A DNA stretch of 63,693 nt, the filler included, from Octopus bimaculoides (lineage: Eukaryota), in the NCBI RefSeq assembly GCF_001194135.2. It is 5 parts of 5 records of this genome, joined end to end, with 100 filler letters (N's around TTAATTAATTAA, not from the genome) between each part and the next. Parts side by side here need not be neighbours in the genome. Positions count along the whole stretch, not along the records: positions 45,091 to 59,790 come from NC_068991.1; positions 59,891 to 62,567 come from NC_068989.1; positions 62,668 to 63,693 come from NW_026435540.1; 2 more parts are not named here. One strand, 5' to 3'. The number at the start of each line of letters is the position of its first letter. Position 1 is the stretch's first letter. Both the position numbers and the translations under genes were made by a program. Positions 53,660 through 63,693 of the stretch are shown here, piece after piece. The notes under the pieces were generated by a model, which saw only the letters and a list, made by a program, of their open reading frames with translations, was not told where the DNA came from and made no database searches.

Positions 53660-53960
53660 CCCGTATCTTTCCTAGTATATGAAGGTGTTTTGTGATTGAT
53701 GTGTGACTTGAAATTAACTGTTTTGCTTTGGATTTTCCTCAGCTGTGGTTTTCAGGAGCTCAATATTTACCGAACTTGGTTTTCCAGATTGAAAAGGGTC
53801 TGCGAGAGAAAAACTCCCCAAGCGTAGCTGAACAAACCAACGTTTGCATGTTCAGACACTTAAAACTTTGTTTCCATAAACAGAACAAATATTTCTTGAT
53901 GTTTTCATTGCTGAACAGCACTTTTTGAATTCATACAGCATGCAGTGTCTCTATGGGTCT
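53660..53960 (-). mobile_element. Mariner (Mos1/SETMAR-like) transposase N-terminal remnant
   Basis: HCMLYEFKK...RNICSVYG...TCKRWF...GSFSLAD...SGKP...EENPKQ matches the mariner HTH region. It may extend to ~53350. Confidence 0.75.
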
Positions 53961-54189
53961 CATCTTCACTCATTTTAAACTGATAAAATGGAAACAAATT
54001 TAACCAGTATGATATAACGGAATCTGCAAAGAGAGAGAAAAATTAGAATGCAAAAACCAATGTTTATTTTACTGCAAGAATTACAAATGTACTCTCAGAA
54101 AGTTCATGTCAAAAGTAGAATACGACTTTCCAAATTAATATACATATATACATGGTGGCCATCTACTGTTTATGCAGAGTTTGACCACC

Positions 54190-54400
54190 TCCTGTACCTA
54201 CTCCTTAGAACCATCATGGCAGCTGATGTGGCTTTTTAAACCAGACAATGTTTTGAAAAACACCCACATAGATTACATGTCTGATTTGGACCACCAAAAG
54301 CTGCAGATAAGTTCTGATCTTTGTGGATCTTAGAATGTCTTTTGAGGCCTCCGTTAGAATTGTAAACCTTCTGCCATACATTGCATTCAGAGGTGTGCAC
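54190..54400 (-). pseudogene. Decayed tandem C2H2-like zinc-finger fragment (probably a LINE C-terminus)
   Basis: ECNVWQKVYNSNGGLKRHSKIH...CNLCG..(frameshift)SGLKSHISCH. Confidence 0.5.
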
Positions 54401-54410
54401 AGACATATAG

Positions 54411-54450
<40 letters not shown>

Positions 54451-54489
54451 CCACACACACACACACACATACACACACACACACACATA

Positions 54490-54630
54490 CGACAGTCTTC
54501 TTTCGGTTTCTGTCTACCAAATCCACCCACAAGGCATTGGTCGGCCCGAGGCTATAGTAGAAGACACTTGCCCAAGGTGCCACGCAGTGGGACTGAACCC
54601 GGAACCAAGTGGTTGGTAAGCAAGCTACTT
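54490..54630 (-). mobile_element. Young SINE head copy
   Basis: ctaccaaatccac.cacaaggc.ttggtcggcccgaggctatagtagaagacacttgcccaaggtgccacgcagtgggactgaacccggaacc. Confidence 0.8.
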
Positions 54631-54750
54631 ACAGACCGATTGAGTTAACTTCTGAATAATGTACCTATAAATACTACTGGAAACATCTGTAAGCCATATT
54701 TACTCTAATAAAGGAAAAATAGGTAATGACCATTATCTATAACTTGTTAT

Positions 54751-55062
54751 GTGGAGGCGCAATGGCCCAGTCGTTAGGGCAGCGGACTCGCGGTCATAGG
54801 ATCGCGGTCTCGATTCTCAGACCGGGCGTTGTGAGTGTTTATTGAGCGAAAACACCTAAAACTCCACGAGGCTCCGGCAGGGGATGGTGGCGAACCCTGC
54901 TCTACTCTTTCACCACAACTTTCTCTCACTCTTACTTCCTGTTTCTGTTGTGCCTGTAATTCAAAGGGTCAGCCTTGTCACACTGTGTCACGCTGAATAT
55001 CCCCGAGAACTTCGTTAAGGGTACACGTGTCTGTGGAGTACTGAACCACTTGCACGTTAATT
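54751..55062 (+). mobile_element. tRNA-derived SINE truncated by a gap
   Basis: Near-identical to 32644-32960. Confidence 0.9.
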
Positions 55063-55529
55063 NNNNNNNNNNNNNNNNNNNNNNNNNNNNNNNNNNNNNN
55101 NNNNNNNNNNNNNNNNNNNNNNNNNNNNNNNNNNNNNNNNNNNNNNNNNNNNNNNNNNNNNNNNNNNNNNNNNNNNNNNNNNNNNNNNNNNNNNNNNNNN
55201 NNNNNNNNNNNNNNNNNNNNNNNNNNNNNNNNNNNNNNNNNNNNNNNNNNNNNNNNNNNNNNNNNNNNNNNNNNNNNNNNNNNNNNNNNNNNNNNNNNNN
55301 NNNNNNNNNNNNNNNNNNNNNNNNNNNNNNNNNNNNNNNNNNNNNNNNNNNNNNNNNNNNNNNNNNNNNNNNNNNNNNNNNNNNNNNNNNNNNNNNNNNN
55401 NNNNNNNNNNNNNNNNNNNNNNNNNNNNNNNNNNNNNNNNNNNNNNNNNNNNAGGCTCCACGCAGTCAGTCTGAACCCGGAACCATGTGGTTGAGAAGCA
55501 AGCGTCTTACCACATAACCATGTCTGCCA

Positions 55530-55567
<38 letters not shown>

Positions 55568-55800
55568 GTATTCACAGAGAGAAGAGAGAGAAAGAGAGAG
55601 AGGGAAACACAAAGAGAGTGAGAGAGAGAGACAGAAAGAGAAAGCAGAAACAGAGAGGGAAGGAGAAAATAAGAGAGATGAATGTATGTATGTATGTCAA
55701 CCCTCTCTCCCTCCTCACATACAGTTATAGATGTGGGGGTGCCTGAATATAGATTTAACAATATAAAAACTTGTATACAAATAAAACAAATACATACACA

Positions 55801-55845
<45 letters not shown>

Positions 55846-56125
55846 ACGCAAACAANNNNNNNNNNCACACACACACACACACACATACACACGCAAACAA
55901 ACATCCATATAAACACCAGGACTAAACTCTTGAGCCAATGAAATATATACACATATACAGGACTTCGGGCAAACACGCACACATATACGGTCGTATTACA
56001 CATATTCACACACAGGGACATATATAGACACGTGGTTCTCTACACCCACACACTACTATTGAAAAATAAAAAGCAGAATGACAGATATAGATCTATACAA
56101 ATGGCTAGATTATCTATAAATATAT

Positions 56126-56160
<35 letters not shown>

Positions 56161-56680
56161 TTGAAATAGTAGAGATGGCTATTTTGAGGATAATTTTAAT
56201 TTTAATAATAAGAATTAGCTCCCCGCCCCAAAAAGAAGCCACCTTTATTCATGTTTTAAAATATATAATACTGCATCAAGAAGGTTCTTTTATTATTCTA
56301 CTATATATNNNNNNNNNNNNNNNNNNNNNNNNNNNNNNNNNNNNNNNNNNNNNNNNNNNNNNNNNNNNNNNNNNNNNNNNNNNNNNNNNNNNNNNNNNNN
56401 NNNNNNNNNNNNNNNNNNNNNNNNNNNNNNNNNNNNNNNNNNNNNNNNNNNNNNNNNNNNNNNNNNNNNNNNNNNNNNNNNNNNNNNNNNNNNNNNNNNN
56501 NNNNNNNNNNNNNNNNNNNNNNNNNNNNNNNNNNNNNNNNNNNNNNNNNNNNNNNNNNNNNNNNNNNNNNNNNNNNNNNNNNNNNNNNNNNNNNNNNNNN
56601 NNNNNNNNNNNNNNNNNNNNTAAAGGCGGTACTCCATCATGGACGTAGTCCCAAATGACTGAAACAAGTAAAAAATTAAA

Positions 56681-56714
<34 letters not shown>

Positions 56715-57139
56715 TATTTTATTTAAAAGAGTTCCAACTCTGTTTTTTATGTTTTATTTATATTCTTGTAATATAAATAATATAGAATATGGAATATATA
56801 TATAATATAAAAATAAATGGTAAAATGAAATGAAGTATTGAATGCCTTATTGAATATATGAAATATTGAGTATTCAATATAGAAAATTAAATATATAAAG
56901 GCTAATACGTATTTTCACGCCTATTGGCATTCATCAAGGCCTCGTCTCACATTGAAATCAGTCAATGTTGATGCAATGTGAGGCCCTTGTATGACTTTTG
57001 AGCCCGGCGAATATTTTGCACATAACATTATATAATGCACAGTTGTGCTGGCTGGCAGAAGAAACAGGTGCCACAGTATGAACTCTTCTGACATTCCTTT
57101 TCTATCCTCCAGCTGAGAGGCACACCTTTCCACATGTTA

Positions 57140-58063
57140 TACATGATCTGTTGTGAACATTACCCATATCACAATTCACCATGGGCCGATTCCTATAAGT
57201 TCTCTGATGGCTGACCAAACCCGCACGACTCAAGCACCTCCTCCAACAAACCACACACTCCCTCATTTTCCACAGGTTCATTTATTTTTAAGCTTTCTTC
57301 TAATCTTCTCGTGCTTCATTCTCTCTCCCTCAGACCTCGAAAATCACTGTGCACTCTTTTCCTCCATCCATTTCGGTCTTGTGCATCCATCTCCCTATCA
57401 ACAACCGAAATTTCTGTCTATTTCAGAGCAATTCTGAGGCAGTCCTCGAACCACATTTTGAGTTTATGTGCTGGTCTCCTACTACCTTCCGGTTCACCAT
57501 ACAAAAGTTGTTTGAAAAGTCTTTCATCATCCATTCTTACCAGATGTCCACCCCACCTCAAACGACTTCGCAGAATCATTGATTCCGTGACAGAGCAATT
57601 CTGAGGCAGTCCTCGAACCACATTTTGAGTTTATGTGCTGGTCTCCTACCACCTTCCGGTTCACCATACAAAAGTTGTTTGAGAAGTCTTTCATCCTTCA
57701 TTCTTACCAGATGTCTACCCCACCTCAGACGACTTCACAGAATCATTCATTCCACACTCCTACTACCACTTCTCTCAAGTACTTCCACATCACTGATAGC
57801 CATTTTCCAAATTATCCCAAGAATTTTCCTAAGACAACATTGATGATATCGTTCCAAATGCCTTAAAAGCTTACGATAAAAAAACCCAGGTCTCACTTCC
57901 ACATAGCGAAGATGGCAGAACGCATGTTTTATAAACCCTAACTTTAATTTGGAAAGATAAACTATGGTGTGACCAGAGACGCCTGTCAAGCCTACCATAG
58001 ACACTACTAGCCTTGCTGATTCTATATGAAATTTCATCATCAAGACCAGCAGTACTCAAGGTA
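57140..58063 (-). mobile_element. 5'-truncated RTE-type LINE with an internal 167-nt tandem duplication
   Basis: LDDEISYRISKASSVYGRL...KVRVYKTCVLP...GSETW...CLRKILGI...RLRWGGHLVRMDDERL.KQLLYGE, and terminal CLSRAGLVSHQR finger. Confidence 0.88.
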
Positions 58064-58234
58064 CTTACTTCTTAAATAAATGAATTTAGTTACAACTTCC
58101 GGCCTTTGACCATTCGGTTATAGAAGGTTCCACATAAAGCTTAGAAGGGGCAGACTGGTACATTAGAACAGTTGTAACTTTTCAAGTCGATTGTACGGCC
58201 CAATGCTGTACATGCTGCAAAAATCGCATTCATC

Positions 58235-58267
<33 letters not shown>

Positions 58268-59153
58268 NNNNNNNNNNNNNNNNNNNNNNNNNNNNNNNNN
58301 NNNNNNNNNNNNNNNNNNNNNNNNNNNNNNNNNNNNNNNNNNNNNNNNNNNNNNNNNNNNNNNNNNNNNNNNNNNNNNNNNNNNNNNNNNNNNNNNNNNN
58401 NNNNNNNNNNNNNNNNNNNNNNNNNNNNNNNNNNNNNNNNNNNNNNNNNNNNNNNNNNNNNNNNNNNNNNNNNNNNNNNNNNNNNNNNNNNNNNNNNNNN
58501 NNNNNNNNNNNNNNNNNNNNNNNNNNNNNNNNNNNNNNNNNNNNNNNNNNNNNNNNNNNNNNNNNNNNNNNNNNNNNNNNNNNNNNNNNNNNNNNNNNNN
58601 NNNNNNNNNNNNNNNNNNNNNNNNNNNNNNNNNNNNNNNNNNNNNNNNNNNNNNNNNNNNNNNNNNNNNNNNNNNNNNNNNNNNNNNNNNNNNNNNNNNN
58701 NNNNNNNNNNNNNNNNNNNNNNNNNNNNNNNNNNNNNNNNNNNNNNNNNNNNNNNNNNNNNNNNNNNNNNNNNNNNNNNNNNNNNNNNNNNNNNNNNNNN
58801 NNNNNNNNNNNNNNNNNNNNNNNNNNNNNNNNNNNNNNNNNNNNNNNNNNNNNNNNNNNNNNNNNNNNNNNNNNNNNNNNNNNNNNNNNNNNNNNNNNNN
58901 NNNNNNNNNNNNNNNNNNNNNNNNNNNNNNNNNNNNNNNNNNNNNNNNNNNNNNNNNNNNNNNNNNNNNNNNNNNNNNNNNNNNNNNNNNNNNNNNNNNN
59001 NNNNNNNNNNNNNNNNNNNNNNNNNNNNNNNNNNNNNNNNNNNNNNNNNNNNNNNNNNNNNNNNNNNNNNNNNNNNNNNNNNNNNNNNNNNNNNNNNNNN
59101 NNNNNNNNNNNNNNNNNNNNNNNNNNNNNNNNNNNNNNNNNNNNNNNNNNNNN

Positions 59154-59197
<44 letters not shown>

Positions 59198-59616
59198 CGT
59201 GTGTTTCTGTATAAACAGATAAGGCTCACACAAATACGTACAATGTGTATGCGAGCGTGATGCTGTGTATGTGTGCTTTCGTTTTCTTCCAAGCACACTT
59301 ATGCCCGCACGCGTGAGTTTCATATTACTAATGCTACGACAAGATCATAGACAAAGTATTGAAATCTATACCAGACCATCAGAACATGAAAGTGCGTGTG
59401 TCCGAGAATTTGTGCGCGCTCGTGTGTGTGTTTGTGTGTGTGTGAGTTTGTGCGTGTGTGTACATAAATATCTGCGTTGGATATTATATGAAGACGTGTA
59501 TGTCTGCGTAGGATGTGTCTGTATTTCAAACAGAAACGTCAAACGTTGTGTAACGTAATATAAAATGTAATAACTGTACAGATAGCTAGCTAACATGTTG
59601 AATAACTAGCCTATTG

Positions 59617-59712
<96 letters not shown>
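59617..59712. repeat. (GATA)n microsatellite
   Basis: Directly visible. Confidence 0.95.
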
Positions 59713-59790
59713 TCTTTTTATTATAGCCACACAGGGCTAAATACAGAAAATGGACAAATTACAATGTAGAGCTTTTCTTTAAGGGGGAAA

Positions 59791-59890
59791 NNNNNNNNNN
59801 NNNNNNNNNNNNNNNNNNNNNNNNNNNNNNNNNNTTAATTAATTAANNNNNNNNNNNNNNNNNNNNNNNNNNNNNNNNNNNNNNNNNNNN
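59791..59890. other. Artificial scaffold-join spacer 44N-TTAATTAATTAA-44N
   Basis: Same 100-nt layout. Confidence 0.95.
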
Positions 59891-59925
<35 letters not shown>

Positions 59926-60054
59926 TTATACACGTATATATGTATGCATATGTATGTCTATATATATGTATGTACATATATATTTATATGTATGTATGTA
60001 TATATATGTATATATGTCTGTGTGTGTATGTATATATATATGTATACATAAATA

Positions 60055-60420
60055 TATCATCATCATCATTTAATGCCGTTTTCCATGCTGGCATGGGTTG
60101 GACAGCTTGACAGGAGCCGGCAAGCCAGAGAACTGCGCCAAGCTACACTATCTGTTTTGGTATGGTTATTAAAGCTGGATGCCCTTCCTAACATCCACTG
60201 TAGACTGGATGGTTTTCACATGGCACCAGAAATGGCAAGATCTGCTTTTGTGTGGTTTTTTTACTGCTGAATGCTCTTCCAAATACTAACCACTTTACAG
60301 TGTGAACTGGGTGCTTTTCATGTAATACCAGTACCTGTGAAGTCACCAAGTAACTTGCATGACAAAGATGCTTTGAGAGGGAGGAGTACCGGAGGAGGTG
60401 GCTTTGTGCCAAGTGATGAT
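60055..60420 (-). mobile_element. Decayed RTE 3' UTR/tail copy
   Basis: Homologous to 9791-10014, with more CpG decay. Confidence 0.7.
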
Positions 60421-60689
60421 AGATTAGAGTACTCCTCCCTCTCAAAGCATGAAGTCAAAATATTTTGACGTACTTTGTACATAAATTCTAAAATTCATTC
60501 AAAAGGGATCATAAACTATAAAGTAATATATAAATAATTAAAAATACAGAAAAATTGCATGTAATTACTCTTTATTCAATATATGAAGCAAAGTTATCAA
60601 TGAGAAACATGTGTTTGATGTTTTTTGGAAACGTTTTCAATATTGGGATGTATTTGAGAATGACAAACCCTCATTTCTTCTTCAATGCA

Positions 60690-61750
60690 ATGGAGCATGC
60701 AATTTCGTTTGTAATGCAATCATTTCGGCTATCTCAATAGACATGACTTGAGCCTTTTCAGAAGCATTCATCCATTTTACAAAATAGTTTCTTTGTTTAG
60801 ATTGCTGTTCTAGCAGTCTTTGGAAATAATTCTGACCTTTACATTGAAGATGTGAGTGTTTAGTTGTAAAATGTTTTTACAACTTGCTAGGCAACATGAC
60901 TTCATTAGACATCTTTTCACCACAAACAACACACAGTCCAATGAAACCCAAACTTTAAATCGCTATTTCAATATTTATGATTGGGTTGAGCTTTCACATT
61001 ATTATCACTACACTTAATTGCTTTTGACAAACATTCACTTTCAGATTCATAATCATCACAGTTATGTTTCCTCTTCATAAACTTTTCCATTTTATGGGTA
61101 ATTTAGTCTGTTAATATGAATTGTATCATACAAAGAGCACAGATTACTAACAGAGTCAAAATGAAACTGACACAAGTGACCAGTGAACTGTGAAAAGTTG
61201 CAACGTGTCACATAGATTCTTTTGAGAAGTCTTTCAAAATTAATTGAAAAGATGAAAATTCTCGCCACTATATGAATGCAAAAATTGAAATACAACTGCA
61301 ATATGTGAGGACGTATTGAAAGATTTAGTTTAACATCGTATATTTTAGTTCAATAGTTTATTTTTCACACTTATTGAAATGAAAACTGCAGAGGCTACAG
61401 CCGAAATAAATTGAAACATAGTTGTGAATATGTCCATAATACATCAATTTCGAGGATAGATTGATGCTAATTTAGTTCTTATCGTTATGAAATTTCAGGT
61501 TCAAAATTGAATAACATTGTCATACCATAATTAGCCTAAATGAATTGAATGCAACAACCACCTCTCATTCTTAGTTTAGAACTCAGTATTTAGTTTTTTG
61601 CCACTTAGACATTTGTATATGAACTTTCTAGTGAATTCCAGTTTGTATTTTTCATATTTCGAAATATAAGCTTACATCTTGTGGTGCACCAGTGCACCAT
61701 GATGCACAGTTTGGGAACCATGTGTAAAAAAAGTTTGAGAACCACTGGAT
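60690..61750 (-). mobile_element. hAT (Charlie/Buster-type) transposon 5' remnant
   Basis: ATG at 61090: MEKFMKRK...DLKFGF..CVVCGEKMSNEVMLPSKL*KHFTTKHSHL...YFQRLL. TIR-like cagtggttctcaaac at ~61749. Confidence 0.8.
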
Positions 61751-62567
61751 TAAAGTATGATAGAGGGACAAAAGAAGGTGTCTTGCTATAGAGGAGATAC
61801 ATGCTTACTAGTTGGAGGGAGAGAACAGCAAGTGAGTGAGAGAGAGAAAGAAGGAGAGAGATGATGGTGATGTGTTGGGGCATATTCTCAAGGTATGGGG
61901 ATGTGAATATAAATTGGATGGTAGAGTATTGCTAAGAGTGCATGAATAGAGAGTTCATGTGAATGCAAAGCCAGGGGAAGAAGGAGAATGCAGTGAATGG
62001 TGAAACCTGGGTATATTGAATGGGGTAACAATAGGATAGTAATGATACAGTGGGCAGGGCAGTGAGGACAGAATTGGGCTGCAGGAGTCAGGAGGGAGAG
62101 ATAAGCATAGTGCATGAAAAAAAGGAAATGTGAGGAAGAGGAGAAAGGGATGAGCAGTTTGGTTTAATGGGGTAGGGTGTGGGAAAATAATTTTACTTTA
62201 ATGTTACATGTGGGTAGAACACATGGCACTTCCAGAACTCACTTTCGCTGAGGTGGGTGGGTCTTCTCATATAGTGCTGACATAGTTGAGTGGTAAGAAG
62301 CTTTCTTCCCACATGATTCTGGGTTCAGATATATATATATATATATATCTATGTATGCATGTCTCTGTGTCTGTGTTTGCTTCCTACTATCACTTGACAA
62401 CTGGTGTTGGTGTTTTACCTCCCTGTAACTTAGTGGTTCAGCAAAAGAAAAAGAAAACGTTAGAATAAGTATTAGGCTTCAAAAAATAAGTCCAAAGGTC
62501 GATTTGTTTGACTAAAACCCTTCAAGGTACTGCTTCAGCATGGCCACAGTCGAATGACTGAAACAAG

Positions 62568-62667
62568 NNNNNNNNNNNNNNNNNNNNNNNNNNNNNNNNN
62601 NNNNNNNNNNNTTAATTAATTAANNNNNNNNNNNNNNNNNNNNNNNNNNNNNNNNNNNNNNNNNNNN
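62568..62667. other. Artificial scaffold-join spacer 44N-TTAATTAATTAA-44N
   Basis: Same 100-nt layout. Confidence 0.95.
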
Positions 62668-63693
62668 GTAACCCAGACACTGCAAAGACTAAGCAACTGG
62701 AAGGCACCTGGACATGAGAAGATCCCCAACTTCTGGTTAAAATACCTGATAGGAATGCACAAAAAGGTGGCTGAAAACTTTAACAACATACTAGCAGAGC
62801 CAGAAACAATGCCTGAATGGCTCACGAAAGGGAAAATCATGTTAATTCTCAAATCCACGGAAACGGAGAAACCACAAAACTACAGACATATAACCTGTCT
62901 CCCTACAATCTACGAAGCCTTTACTGCAATAATATCGCAGAAAGTGCGTGAGCACCTGGAAAATAACAACCTGTTTCCAGAAGAGCAGAAGTGATGCTGC
63001 AAGGGCTGATACGGCTGTAAAGATCAATTAATAATCAATAAAGCCATTACTGAAGACAGCCGCAGAGGGAAGAAAGGCCTCAGTATGGCCTGGATCAACT
63101 ACCGAAAGGCTTTCGACAGTGTTCCCCACACGTGGATTCTGGAAACACTAGCCATAAACAATGTGGCAGCAATTATTATAAAATACATAAGGCACTCTAT
63201 AAATAAATGGCAGAGAGTGCTACAGCTCCAAACAAAAGAGGGACTCGTGAAAACGAAACCCATCCCCTTTAGAAGAGGAATATTCGAGGGAGACACGCTC
63301 TCTCCACTCCTGTTCTGCCTGGCATTCACACCTTTAACTGAATTGCTAAATAGAACTGGATGCGGATACAAATGTTACGGCAAAACAGTCAGCCACCTTT
63401 TATATTTGGATGACCTAAAATTATACGCTAGAAATGATAAAGAGCTCGAAACACTACTTACACAGAGTACATGGATTTACCAAGGAAACAGATATAAAAT
63501 TCGGATTAGAAAAATGTGCCAAAGCAAGCCTGAAAAGAGGAAAATTAGTTAAGAGTAGCAGCATCATACTAGATAAAGCCAATGAAATAAGAGAATTACA
63601 CGAAATCCAGCCATACACATATTTAGGAATCAATGAACTAGACAGGATACAACACAAACAAATGAAAGAAAAAATAAAGAAAGAGTACTATAG
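62668..63693 (+). mobile_element. R4/Dong-like non-LTR retrotransposon RT region with stops, running off the window
   Basis: WKAPG...NYRHITCLPTIY...YGCKDQL...AWINYRKAFDSVPH...RGIFEGDTLSPLLF...SHLLYLDDLKLYA. Confidence 0.9.

Noticed and set aside
53357-53695. 112-aa + strand ORF
   Set aside because: TTG start, antisense and adjacent to the mariner remnant, no motif.

Overview
AT-rich, microsatellite- and retroelement-dense animal genomic DNA. The SINE/LINE repertoire looks like coleoid cephalopod (Octopus-type) DNA; this is an inference. About 10 kb is N gaps. The only host gene I can support is dystrophin (DMD orthologue) on the + strand: seven GT-AG exons (7492-7584, 14095-14175, 15384-15476, 17940-18031, 21523-21603, 25310-25425, 26096-26415) splice in frame to give CH1, CH2 and hinge 1. 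They correspond to human exons 3-8, with exon 6 split by an extra intron. No further dystrophin exon was found. Four artificial 100-nt spacers (44N-TTAATTAATTAA-44N) cut the window into five joined pieces that differ in CpG decay. The rest is decayed TEs (Gypsy, HERO-like, R4/Dong-like, RTE, Penelope-like, Helitron, hAT, mariner, MITEs, several SINEs). The most unusual structures are local inverted duplications: a 365/365-nt perfect inverted copy inside a dead Gypsy integrase in a dystrophin intron, and a nested fold-back at 39.5-42.0 kb that copies a TE/host junction. I found no convincing novel protein-coding system.
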